Below are positions 26,817 through 35,515 of a DNA stretch of 64,000 nucleotides, piece after piece; the stretch's first letter is position 1, and every line of letters starts with the position of its first letter. Origin of the DNA: an uncultured bacterium (GTDB taxonomy: Bacteria > Chlamydiota > Chlamydiia > Chlamydiales > FEN-1388); assembly GCA_964514655.1 (NCBI GenBank), contig CAZEQY010000014.1:10378-74377 (forward strand), in the 5' to 3' direction. The notes beneath the pieces were generated by a model that searched no databases, was not told the origin of the DNA, and was given only the letters and a program-made list of their open reading frames with translations. The translations under genes and the position numbers were made by a program.

Positions 26817-27592
26817 ATTCCTAAGAGAATAAAGGGTAAGCTTAAGAGCTGGCCCATGTTGAGTGTATGAGAATCGTACACTCCTTGGGGCAGCTTGAGG
26901 AATTCAATAAAAAAGCGGAAGGTAAAGACGAGGATAAAAAATAGTCCCGCCCTCGCGCCCGTTTTTAGTTTGGCATTATATAGCAGAATAAACGTTGCAA
27001 AGTAAAAAAGTGACTCATAAAGCTGCACAGGATGGCAGGGCATTGTAGCGGCAGAATCGCTAGGATGGCCAAACCATACCGCAAAAGGTAGATCGCTTGC
27101 TCTTCCCAAAATTTCCTGATTAAAGAAATTACCAAGACGTATAAAGCCTGCAACAAGCGCCGTTGCGACACATAGTATGTCTAGTAGCTTTGTAAATGAT
27201 AGGCCCACTAAACGCCTCTTGGGGCTGCTCCAAAAAAGAACTAGGCCTGCAAGTAGGCCAATGCCGCCTCCATGGCTTGATAGGCCGCCTTCCCATGTAT
27301 AGAGAATTTCTAGAGGATGATTTTTAAAGTAGGGCCACTCATAAAAAAAGACATGGCCAAGCCGTGCGCCTACTATCATCCCTATAAAAACAAACCAGGC
27401 AAGGCGATCCATAAACGAGAATGCCTGCTTTTTTTCAATATCCATCTCCTTCCACAACAGGCGGCAGGCAACAAGGTAGCCTAAAAAAAAGCCGCCGGCA
27501 AAAAGAAGGCTGTACCAGTAGATAGGAAAGTCAAGAATGGGAATAGTTACTGCTACGCGGGATGGATCCCAGTAGATAAAGGAGAAAAACAT
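26774..27592 (-). CDS. lgt: Prolipoprotein diacylglyceryl transferase
   Basis: Motifs PIYWYSLLFAGGFFLGY, GGLSSHGGGIG and RLGNFFNQEILGR. Strong AAGGAGG before ATG 27592. The 3' end overlaps htpX convergently by 43 nt. Confidence 0.85.
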   Translation of the reverse strand: MFFSFIYWDPSRVAVTIPILDFPIYWYSLLFAGGFFLGYLVACRLLWKEMDIEKKQAFSFMDRLAWFVFIGMIVGARLGHVFFYEWPYFKNHPLEILYTWEGGLSSHGGGIGLLAGLVLFWSSPKRRLVGLSFTKLLDILCVATALVAGFIRLGNFFNQEILGRASDLPFAVWFGHPSDSAATMPCHPVQLYESLFYFATFILLYNAKLKTGARAGLFFILVFTFRFFIEFLKLPQGVYDSHTLNMGQLLSLPFILLGIYLLRRAMRSSSGG

Positions 27593-27603
27593 AGCTAGCC
27601 TCC

Positions 27604-27641
27604 TTAAAAAAAGTAAGCGGTAGAATGTTATTCTACCGCTT
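27604..27641 (-). terminator. Rho-independent terminator downstream of tRNA-Pro
   Basis: A 12-bp perfect stem (27615-27626 with 27630-27641) and a 3-nt loop, followed on the minus strand by a T7 run (plus-strand A-run at 27606-27612). Confidence 0.6.
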
Positions 27642-27646
27642 GGTGA

Positions 27647-27721
27647 TCGGAGCAGAGGGATTTGAACCCCCGACCTACTGCTCCCAAAGCAGCCGCGCTA
27701 GCCAAACTGCGCTATGCTCCG
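27647..27721 (-). tRNA. tRNA-Pro (anticodon UGG), CCA not encoded
   Basis: Manual cloverleaf: CGGAGCA-TA-GCGC-AGTTTGGCTA-GCGC-G-GCTGC-TTTGGGA-GCAGT-AGGTC-GGGGG-TTCAAAT-CCCTC-TGCTCCG-A. The anticodon loop reads TTTGGGA. Closely resembles bacterial proM-type tRNA. Confidence 0.85.
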
Positions 27722-27782
27722 AACGTGGCAAGATCATATCTGGATTGTTGCTTTTTTTCAAGCTTTCTGCAACAAAGAGGCT

Positions 27783-28913
27783 ATGAAAATAAAAAGAATA
27801 GATCTTTTTACCTTCCCAAATGCCCATCAGTATGGTGTACAGCAGGCATTTTCTGAGGGTTTGCAAAAATCATTAGAACGTTTAGGCGTCGCATCGTCGC
27901 TTTATCCCTATAAAGAACTAGGTGCGGGATCTGTACTTGCGGCCCTTGTTCAGAATAGTCCGGACTATACAGTGGGCTTTAACGTTACTGTGGGCCAGTA
28001 TTCGCCCCTAGAGCCGCTCGGAATACCCCATCTTGCGATCATTATTGATTTAGCATGCTATTTTCCTGAGCTTTTTCGCAATCAAAATGCCCTTGCAGCC
28101 TTTGTGGACGAAGATTCAGTAGGTTTTTATAAGATGCTTTCCGGTAAAAATGCCATCTATTTGCCCCATGCTATCGACAAAGAGCTTATCGTAGAGCAAA
28201 ATTCAAAAAGAGACCTCGATATAGTGATGTGCGGCTCTTTTATGGATGCTGAAGACATTGCAAATACATGGGACAATCTCCTTTCTGAAAAAAATGCATC
28301 TCGCATGCGCTCTATGGCTGAATGTGTGCTTGCGAGTAGTCATATTTCGCCTTTACAGGTGTTTGTAGAAGAGGTTAATGCAAAAGGAGAGTTTGAAAAA
28401 GAGCTTTTGGATAAGGCTATAGACTATTTTGACTTATTGACATCACTTGATCAGTATATACGTGGTATTGATAGAATACGCATTTTGCAGGCTATTGAGA
28501 GACCTATTCATATCTTTGGACCGACTTCTTGGAAAAAGTATCTACAAAATGCTATTTTTCATCCTGAAGTGCCTTACAAAGAGGTTCATACCATCTTTAG
28601 ACGTTCTAAAATTATCATAAATAGCTTTCCGATGTTTAAGCGAGGCCTTCACGAGCGGCTTCTTTTGGCCCTAGCTTCCGGGGCAAGCGTGCTGCACAAT
28701 AAGAACCTTGCTGTTCAACAAGCTTTTGGAGAGCTTTTGCCCTACCTTGCGCCTGACTATAAGGGCGTAAATGCTAGTATAGAGACCGCCCTTAGTGATG
28801 AAGAGGCTCGATACGCTAAGGTGTCAGCCACCCATACTACTATTAAAAGCCAGCACACCTGGGATGAGCGCGCTAAGCAGCTTATCACCTTTCTCTCTAC
28901 ATTAAAAAATTGA
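27783..28913 (+). CDS. Putative glycosyltransferase (GT-B, CgeB/DUF3880-like)
   Basis: ATG 27783 follows AAAGAGG, and the track start at 27714 overlaps the tRNA. The C-terminal half (IHIFGP...KIIINSFPMFKRGLHERLLLALASGASVL) resembles the Glyco_trans_1_2 / CgeB family. Confidence 0.5.
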   Translation: MKIKRIDLFTFPNAHQYGVQQAFSEGLQKSLERLGVASSLYPYKELGAGSVLAALVQNSPDYTVGFNVTVGQYSPLEPLGIPHLAIIIDLACYFPELFRNQNALAAFVDEDSVGFYKMLSGKNAIYLPHAIDKELIVEQNSKRDLDIVMCGSFMDAEDIANTWDNLLSEKNASRMRSMAECVLASSHISPLQVFVEEVNAKGEFEKELLDKAIDYFDLLTSLDQYIRGIDRIRILQAIERPIHIFGPTSWKKYLQNAIFHPEVPYKEVHTIFRRSKIIINSFPMFKRGLHERLLLALASGASVLHNKNLAVQQAFGELLPYLAPDYKGVNASIETALSDEEARYAKVSATHTTIKSQHTWDERAKQLITFLSTLKN

Positions 28914-28948
28914 ATATGATATAATAGGGATATATTCAAGGAGGGGGT

Positions 28949-29908
28949 ATGAGCGTTGTTTCTCCCGAGAGAGGCGAGGGTTCTCAGTGGGTCCCACCGG
29001 AAAAACCCAAAGCTACGGGCGATAGTGCCGCTATTCAAGGGCATATAAAGCCAACAGAAGAACAGCTGCCAGAAGGTGTAGATCGCATAAGCCCCCGTAC
29101 AATTACAAATATTGCCACCGCAAGCGGCACCGAGCAGCATGTCCAGCAAGCTGCAAAAAGCATTAGGCCGCAGGCAAAAATCGAAGATCTCATATTTGTA
29201 CGGGTGATCGATACGCTTACAGAACTTGGCATATCAATTTCATCTGACACCGATGTTCCAACGAAGGAAGATTTCCAGGCATATAACATACATGAAACAG
29301 ATCCACTAAAGCTTGTAAAAATAAAATTCATAAAGGCGCTTCAGGCAGACACAACGATCGATGCAGGCCGTAAGATGCTTCTTATTGAGATGATAATTAA
29401 GCCTGATCAGGTAGTTGTCGATTTACCTCGTCTTGCAGAAGTGCAAATCGGAAAGACTACCATCAAGCAAGAGGACGTAGGTGCTGAAGATTCCTTCATA
29501 AATATAAGCACACAGCTTTTAACATACATTGAATCGCAAAATCCAGCCCTTACGAAAAACGCTTCCGATAGCATGGACGAGCTCCTCTATGCAACATCCC
29601 AGACGTTTTTTTTGAACCTTTTACAAAAACAACATGAAGATGAGCGCATACATAGAAGCGAATGGGCTGTCCCTGGGAGAAAGATCTCAAATGAAAAAAC
29701 ATCTTTTCAGATGGAAAAAACCTTTGTTAGGAAGCCTGAAACACTTATCATCACTCATTCAATAGAGACCCCCTTTGTTCGTACAGATGATGAGCCCGGC
29801 GAGCAGCGCCTAATCAAGAAAGTCGAGTGCCGCTACAACCTAAAAACTAGCGCCGTAACCTTCACTTCCACCTACGAGCTAAACGGCCAAAGGGAAATAA
29901 TACAGTAA
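28949..29908 (+). CDS. Hypothetical protein (319 aa)
   Basis: Long ORF with a strong GGAGGGGG SD. No domain recognised. Confidence 0.7.
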   Translation: MSVVSPERGEGSQWVPPEKPKATGDSAAIQGHIKPTEEQLPEGVDRISPRTITNIATASGTEQHVQQAAKSIRPQAKIEDLIFVRVIDTLTELGISISSDTDVPTKEDFQAYNIHETDPLKLVKIKFIKALQADTTIDAGRKMLLIEMIIKPDQVVVDLPRLAEVQIGKTTIKQEDVGAEDSFINISTQLLTYIESQNPALTKNASDSMDELLYATSQTFFLNLLQKQHEDERIHRSEWAVPGRKISNEKTSFQMEKTFVRKPETLIITHSIETPFVRTDDEPGEQRLIKKVECRYNLKTSAVTFTSTYELNGQREIIQ

Positions 29909-29926
29909 CCAAAAAAATCCGTAATT

Positions 29927-29939
29927 TTTACCCTATTAC
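29927..29939. promoter_or_regulatory. 13-mer TTTACCCTATTAC, copy 1 (upstream of the secreted MazG-like gene)
   Basis: Exact 13-nt match to 31187-31199. Shares TTACCCTA with both arms of the palindrome at 32076-32094. Lies 66 nt upstream of ATG 30005. Confidence 0.4.
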
Positions 29940-30004
29940 TTATATGTGTTATGTGTGTTAAGCTTGGGCCAAAAAACACACTTCATTGAGGTATCGCAAA
30001 TATC

Positions 30005-30376
30005 ATGAGAATAAAAATAGTTTCTCTTTTTTTATCAGGCCTTTTTTTGGCAATAGCTTCTACCTATGCAGGTGAAGCTGTTAATACTGGAAACGTACAG
30101 CAGGTTCAAAAAGATTTTGATAATGAGTATTTTGAAATAAACGAGGGCTTTGAAAAACTTCGTCATACGCTTTTGCATCTTATGAAAACAACTGGCAAAA
30201 TTGCGACTTATTGCGAAGCAAAGGAACATGGCAAAGAGCCTGATCTAAGCCCGTTAGTAAATGAAGCGCTTCCTGATTTACTCATATATGCTCTTCAAAT
30301 TGCAAATCTCACCGGCATTGACCTCGGTGAAAAATATGATGAGCGCCTTCAGGCTCTCAAAGAGCGAGTAAAATAA
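30005..30376 (+). CDS. Small secreted all-alpha protein, MazG-like NTP-pyrophosphohydrolase fold (tentative)
   Basis: Signal peptide MRIKIVSLFLSGLFLAIASTYAGEA. The C-terminal PDLLIYALQIANLTGIDLGEKYDERL resembles the MazG/dimeric all-alpha NTP-PPase helix pair. Confidence 0.55.
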   Translation: MRIKIVSLFLSGLFLAIASTYAGEAVNTGNVQQVQKDFDNEYFEINEGFEKLRHTLLHLMKTTGKIATYCEAKEHGKEPDLSPLVNEALPDLLIYALQIANLTGIDLGEKYDERLQALKERVK

Positions 30377-30498
30377 AAAACCGGGAGTTGTAAACTCCCG
30401 GCATACGTACTAGTAGATGGGTCAAGAAAGCTCCCATAAGGGCACTTGTTAAAATATTTGGCAAAACATACAATGCTTAAGGAAAAAAGGGACATAGC

Positions 30499-31164
30499 GT
30501 GAAATATCAGGCAATTATTTTTGACTTAGATGGCACTATTTCTGACTCTATGCAGCTATGGGATAAAGCCACACATCTATTCCTATTAAATCACAACATA
30601 CATCTGTCACAAGAAGAAAAAGAGCACTTAGACAGGGAGCTTCGTGGGGTCAGCCACGATGATGCGACCCTTCGTGTAAAAACTAAATATTGTTTACCCC
30701 AATCGCTTGAAGAGCTCTCTCTTGAATATGCGCAATATGCATATGAGCTTATGTGTGTCGAAGTGCGATTTGTTGATGGTTTTTTAGCATTTTATTCAGG
30801 CCTAAATACCCATAATCTCAAATATGGCATTGCCACAAATGCAGATCAGTTAACGCTTTCTGCAATAAAAAAAGCCTTGTCACTCGAGTCATTATTTGGA
30901 GAGCACATTTACAATATTGATGATGTCAATCAACAAGGAAAGCCCAAGCCTGATGTTTACCTTCACGCGGCAAAGAAGCTAAATATCTCCCCATACGCCT
31001 GTATTGCTATTGAAGATTCAGCATGCGGTATAAAAGCCGCAAAAGCTGCAAATATGTTTTGTATAGGTCTTAATAGTCATGGAAATCCCGAACAGCTGCG
31101 TGAAGCTGATATGATTATTAATGCTTATGAAGATATTGATCTAAATGCATTATTTAGTCGTTGA
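30499..31164 (+). CDS. HAD-superfamily hydrolase (beta-phosphoglucomutase-like subfamily IA)
   Basis: Motif I is IIFDLDGTISDS, with GKPKPDVY and IAIEDSACGIKAAKAANM also present. GTG start. Confidence 0.8.
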   Translation: MKYQAIIFDLDGTISDSMQLWDKATHLFLLNHNIHLSQEEKEHLDRELRGVSHDDATLRVKTKYCLPQSLEELSLEYAQYAYELMCVEVRFVDGFLAFYSGLNTHNLKYGIATNADQLTLSAIKKALSLESLFGEHIYNIDDVNQQGKPKPDVYLHAAKKLNISPYACIAIEDSACGIKAAKAANMFCIGLNSHGNPEQLREADMIINAYEDIDLNALFSR

Positions 31165-31186
31165 ATTATTTTTTTTAAGTTCCATA

Positions 31187-31199
31187 TTTACCCTATTAC
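31187..31199. promoter_or_regulatory. 13-mer TTTACCCTATTAC, copy 2 (overlaps the luxR-type gene stop)
   Basis: Exact repeat of 29927-29939. Confidence 0.35.
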
Positions 31200-32020
31200 A
31201 ACAAACCAAATTCGCATAGACGCTCTGCAATAGAAAATAGTTCATTTTTATATTTACAGTCAAATTTTATTTTAACACTCTCTAGGTAATGTTCTACAGT
31301 TCTCGGTGAAAGGCGAAGTAGAGCAGCCGTTTCCTTCATCGACTTGCCCTTTAGCAGCAGCTTTATACAATCTCGTTCTCTTCGGGAGAGTGAATCCGCT
31401 TGTTCTACTTCATGGCTTAATCCAATATCAAGCAAACACTTTCGCAATACTTGTTCATCGAGTTTAGGTTGAAGAGTGGACGTACTATCGAATAGATCTT
31501 GTCCGATTAACTCTGGTAACGAAAGGGATGGCCCAACTTCATGTTGAATTATGGTACTGCATTTTTCCTTAAAGTGTGCAGCAAAGGCTTTTAGGAGATT
31601 TGCATAATTTAAATAGACACGTTCAAAGTTTTTTGACTGGTTAGCTTCTCCCCAAAAGCCAAAAAATTCAACAGCATCTTCTTGCTTTTCACAAAGCCCT
31701 ACGATTGGTTCAATTTTGAACGTTCGTACCACATAGGCAAGTGAATTGTCAAATTCGTTTTTGTGATTAGTCTCAAAAAAGAAAAACCCGGGGTGATAAT
31801 TGTCAGGATGTCGTAAATAGGGATCATTATAAAAGAGTTTTTCGTCATAGTAATAATCGTCAACATCAGGGCGGTCGGTTAAAAGTACTTGGTTTCCATT
31901 TTTATCAATATACACATAGTAAAAACAACTTACGCCCAGATGATACAGCGGACGAGTACAGTTTTTTACTATATCTGAATACCTACCTAAGTCTTTAAGA
32001 AATTGATTCAGCTGCGACAT
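31196..32020 (-). CDS. LuxR-family transcriptional regulator (C-terminal GerE/LuxR HTH)
   Basis: C-terminus is LSRRERDCIKLLLKGKSMKETAALLRLSPRTVEHYLESVKIKF. ATG 32020 is preferred over the GTG at 32038. The gene is visibly more AT-rich than its surroundings (about 30-35 percent GC in two lines I counted). Confidence 0.8.
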   Translation of the reverse strand: MSQLNQFLKDLGRYSDIVKNCTRPLYHLGVSCFYYVYIDKNGNQVLLTDRPDVDDYYYDEKLFYNDPYLRHPDNYHPGFFFFETNHKNEFDNSLAYVVRTFKIEPIVGLCEKQEDAVEFFGFWGEANQSKNFERVYLNYANLLKAFAAHFKEKCSTIIQHEVGPSLSLPELIGQDLFDSTSTLQPKLDEQVLRKCLLDIGLSHEVEQADSLSRRERDCIKLLLKGKSMKETAALLRLSPRTVEHYLESVKIKFDCKYKNELFSIAERLCEFGLL

Positions 32021-32075
32021 ACGACAAAAGTACCACACATCAAAATTTGTTACTAAGATAAATCGCAGGGGAATT

Positions 32076-32094
32076 TAGGGTAAGAATTACCCTA
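32076..32094. promoter_or_regulatory. Palindromic operator candidate TAGGGTAA-GAA-TTACCCTA upstream of the luxR-type gene
   Basis: Perfect 8-bp arms with a 3-nt spacer, centred about 65 nt upstream of ATG 32020. Each arm carries the TTACCCTA core of the 13-mer. Confidence 0.45.
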
Positions 32095-32158
32095 TAAATA
32101 CTTTTCAGCTTGAAGCTGTCAAATGAAGCCTTAGAGACTACTCATCTCAACTATGAGT

Positions 32159-33565
32159 TCAAAGTGTCGAGCTTTTTAGGTGAGACATGAGCTTTTGCTG
32201 GATGGCGTTGTAGGCAAGAGCGAGTTCGCTGCCTGGGGTGTTCATCTGTTTTTCTGCTTGGCGTATTGCGGACATGACGGTGGAATGGTCGCGCTGGAAA
32301 AGGTCGCCTATCTGCATGTAGGGAGATTTTAGTAGGTCGCGACAAAGGTACATGGCAAGCTGGCGGCAGGTGACTGCATTTCGCGACTGTGACTTGCCAA
32401 TAAGCTCATCTAGAGAAAGTGAATAGTGATCAGCAACGCTTGCTACAATGCGCTCTAAGGTAAGTGCCTTTGCCTTTTCATCGTCGATAAGGTCTGAAAG
32501 TAGCTCCTTAACTGTGTTTAGTGCGAGATGGGTCTTTTGACCGCTTTTATTTAGGTGTGAGCGCAGCATGAGTGCTTCTAAAGCTTTGACTGCAGACTTT
32601 GGGTTTGTGGCAAAGGTGTCTTTTAAAAATTCTATCGTACGCGCACTTATGGGGTACTTATAGTGCTCTGCCTTTTGTTCAAGGATCTTTGCAATGTCCT
32701 TTTTGTGCGGTGGTGTTAAGGGCAGCACTATGCCCCATTCAAAGCGAGATATAAGCCTTGGCTCAATAAACTGTAGCTGCTGCGGGGCAACATTTGCTGA
32801 GAGGATAATCTGTTTGCCTTCTGTGTGAAGTGTGTTGAAGGTATGAAAGAACTCTTCCTGCGTGGCGTTTTTGCGTCCAAATACCTGCACATCATCTATA
32901 AGCAATACATCTACATTGCGGTAGGTGCTTCTAAAATGTGACATTTCTCCTACTCGTATTGCCTTTACGACGTGCTCTGTAAAGAGTTCTGAGCGGGCGT
33001 ATATAGCCTTATAGCCTACGCGCCTAAGCTTTTGAGCAAGGGCCATTAAGAGGTGCGTTTTGCCAGATCCTGAAGAGCCATATACATAGATAGGGTTAAA
33101 AAAGCCCTGCTCCTTGCTAGGAGTTTTATGCGAAAAAGAGGACATTGCTTCTACTTTGGCATTTACAAGGCGACTAGATAGCTCTTCAAGCACACTATAG
33201 GCCACCTTATTGTCATCGCTAACAAGAAAATCTTCAAGAGTGCACGAGGGATCAAGGTCTTCAAAAAATATCTGAAAGTTCGTTTGAACTTCTGGCTTAG
33301 CATTTTTTCGCTTTCTGGGAGCTGTCGGAACAAGCTCCGGTAGCGAAAGGTGAACTTTTATTGGCTTTTGGTTGTTGTTTACAAAGGTGGCAAGCTTAGG
33401 TCTTATATGCTCATCAAACCACATCACCTGAAAGGAGTCATTTGCCTCTAGGTAGAGGTTGCAGGCATCAAAATTAAGAATTTTAAGTGTTCTAAGCCAG
33501 CGCGCAACAGTTTCTTGGCCGTATTCAAGTTCTCTTTGCTCAAGAAACTGCTGCCACGCCTGCAT
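32159..33565 (-). CDS. dnaA: Chromosomal replication initiator DnaA
   Basis: Walker A YGSSGSGKTHLL, LLIDDVQ, and C-terminal domain IV RNAVTCRQLAMYLCRDLLKSPYMQIGDLFQRDHSTVMSAI. Confidence 0.9.
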   Translation of the reverse strand: MQAWQQFLEQRELEYGQETVARWLRTLKILNFDACNLYLEANDSFQVMWFDEHIRPKLATFVNNNQKPIKVHLSLPELVPTAPRKRKNAKPEVQTNFQIFFEDLDPSCTLEDFLVSDDNKVAYSVLEELSSRLVNAKVEAMSSFSHKTPSKEQGFFNPIYVYGSSGSGKTHLLMALAQKLRRVGYKAIYARSELFTEHVVKAIRVGEMSHFRSTYRNVDVLLIDDVQVFGRKNATQEEFFHTFNTLHTEGKQIILSANVAPQQLQFIEPRLISRFEWGIVLPLTPPHKKDIAKILEQKAEHYKYPISARTIEFLKDTFATNPKSAVKALEALMLRSHLNKSGQKTHLALNTVKELLSDLIDDEKAKALTLERIVASVADHYSLSLDELIGKSQSRNAVTCRQLAMYLCRDLLKSPYMQIGDLFQRDHSTVMSAIRQAEKQMNTPGSELALAYNAIQQKLMSHLKSSTL

Positions 33566-33574
33566 GACACATCC

Positions 33575-35461
33575 TTACCCTTTTTTAGGGAATTTTTTGT
33601 GTGTTGGCGTAACTTCTATTTCCATGCTCGCCTTTTTTGCTGTGGTGTCAATGCGCTTTGTTGTCCACCACTGCTGGAGGATGCCAAGGAGCATCGATGA
33701 TATCCAGTATATGTTAAGGCCGGATGGGAAGTTATAAAATGCGACAGTCATCACAACGGTCATGATATTGCCCATAACGCGCTGCTGACGCTGCTGGTCT
33801 GTCCATGTGGACGGATCTTTTGGCATATTTGACATGACATTTTGCTGGATGTACATAATGCCGCCCAAAAGTATTGGCAACAGGTGAAACTCGTTGCCGA
33901 TGATAGGCAGGCTGTACTTCCATGTAAAGAGCACGTCCGGAGATGTGAGGTTGTCGATCCAGCCGGGGATAAAGACAACGCCGCGAAGCTCAAAGGTTGT
34001 TTTAAGAAGGTCAAACATACCAATCAAAAATGGCAGCTGCAATAAAAGCGGCAAGCACCCTGAAATCGGATTTACACCTTTTGCGCGATAGAGAGTGAGT
34101 ATCTCAAGCTGCGCCTTTTGAGGGTCTTTTTTGTAGCGCTCTTGGATGGCTTTGATCTGAGGGCTAAGTTCCTGCATGCCCTTCATGGACTTTATGGACC
34201 ATGTGTTAAGTGGGTAGAGAAGAAGGCGAAGTAGCACAGTAACAAAGACGATAGATAATGCCCAGGAGCCTGTCACGCTGTGGCAGAGCTTCATAAAGAA
34301 GAAGAGTAGCTTTGCAAAAGGCTCTGAGATAAACGAAAACCAGCCAAAGTATGTCTGGCAGGATAAGAAGTCAGTTGTTACGCCTTGTGCTTTATTAAAA
34401 TCATCTACGCTTGTAAGTACCTTTTCGGCAAAGGGGCCTGCAAAGACTTGGAGCTCTGTAGATGCCTTTAGCGGCATAAGCACGTTGTAGCCTGCCATTT
34501 CTTCTTGGCTATAGCGTTCATACTCTGGGTCGATAAGTTCAATTCGTGAAGGATCTTCCTTACCGGATATTTTATCTACTCTAAACCCTGACTCGCGGCC
34601 TTTTTCTGGGTCCATGATGATGCCAAAAAAGCCGTTAGAGTTACTTACCCAGTCTGGAGATGTCGAGGTATTGGTGTAGGTTTGGCTCGGAAGGTCTACT
34701 TTAAGCACCTCGTTGCCCTTGCCTTTTGTGATGCGATACTTGATGACTGAACCAGAAGCTCCGGACTGCCATTCAACTTCCGGCACGCCGCTTGTGAGCC
34801 ATAGCCCCCTTGTGTCGCCTTCAACCTTAACGTCGAGGCCAAAGAGGTAGGGGACATCTTCTTTTGGAAAGAAAAATCGCTTTGTTATTCTTCTATGCGG
34901 CTGTGAGGCTTCTAGAACAATTTCTTTATCAGTAAAGCTTTTAATTTCGTAGGCAAGCATTGCTACTTCAGGGTATTCTGAGACAACATTCAAGCTATAG
35001 TACTTTGGAGGAACAACAAACGAGGGCACAATATCGCGCCTGATTAATGGGTAGTAGCCACCGATCTTTGGGGTAACTTCACTTCCTGTTGCAGCTTTTG
35101 CTGCATGTAGAGGAAAGTGGGCATTTTGTGGGCTCTTTTCAAGGATCTCGCGGTCTACTTCGATAGGAAGAACAGCACTTTTTGGGTTTGTCTTTGATGT
35201 AAATGGTAGGTTGATCTCTACAAGTGAGCCGCCAATATTTGAAAAAACAAGTTGTACATAGTCATTTTCGAGTACATAATACTCTTGTTTTGAAACCTTC
35301 GTTGGTTCGCTCGGAACAAATTTAGGCTCAGGCTCTTGAGCCGGTTTTTTTTCGACCTTAGCTACAGGCTTTTGATCCTGATACATATAGTCAAAGCCAA
35401 GCCTTACAAAAAATAGTGTAAGCGTAAGTGAAATGACAAAAAGAACGGTACGTCTATCCAT
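33575..35461 (-). CDS. yidC: Membrane protein insertase YidC
   Basis: N-terminal TM helix, a large periplasmic domain, and a C-terminal 60-kDa IMP core (YRAKGVNPISGCLPLLLQLPFLIGMFDLL). The stop lies 9 nt before the dnaA start. Confidence 0.85.
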   Translation of the reverse strand: MDRRTVLFVISLTLTLFFVRLGFDYMYQDQKPVAKVEKKPAQEPEPKFVPSEPTKVSKQEYYVLENDYVQLVFSNIGGSLVEINLPFTSKTNPKSAVLPIEVDREILEKSPQNAHFPLHAAKAATGSEVTPKIGGYYPLIRRDIVPSFVVPPKYYSLNVVSEYPEVAMLAYEIKSFTDKEIVLEASQPHRRITKRFFFPKEDVPYLFGLDVKVEGDTRGLWLTSGVPEVEWQSGASGSVIKYRITKGKGNEVLKVDLPSQTYTNTSTSPDWVSNSNGFFGIIMDPEKGRESGFRVDKISGKEDPSRIELIDPEYERYSQEEMAGYNVLMPLKASTELQVFAGPFAEKVLTSVDDFNKAQGVTTDFLSCQTYFGWFSFISEPFAKLLFFFMKLCHSVTGSWALSIVFVTVLLRLLLYPLNTWSIKSMKGMQELSPQIKAIQERYKKDPQKAQLEILTLYRAKGVNPISGCLPLLLQLPFLIGMFDLLKTTFELRGVVFIPGWIDNLTSPDVLFTWKYSLPIIGNEFHLLPILLGGIMYIQQNVMSNMPKDPSTWTDQQRQQRVMGNIMTVVMTVAFYNFPSGLNIYWISSMLLGILQQWWTTKRIDTTAKKASMEIEVTPTHKKFPKKG

Positions 35462-35515
35462 GAATTTCCTTCGTTATTCAAAGGAAGAAAAAATAGCACA
35501 TCCCAGCAAAAAATA

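Noticed and set aside
27714-27782. ORF-track start of the 399-aa ORF, overlapping tRNA-Pro
   Set aside because: It overlaps the tRNA gene on the opposite strand. ATG 27783 with AAAGAGG is a much better start.
28757-29149. 130-aa minus-strand ORF spanning the 28913/28949 gene junction
   Set aside because: It is antisense to two plus-strand genes that have strong SDs and recognisable or long ORFs. The sequence is Cys/Trp-rich and low-probability.
30381-30401. Perfect 8-bp hairpin CCGGGAGT-TGTAA-ACTCCCGG after the MazG-like gene, considered as a terminator
   Set aside because: On the plus strand it is preceded rather than followed by the A/T run. The T-tract is on the minus strand, where no gene ends. 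It is possibly a weak or bidirectional terminator, but not supportable as a call.
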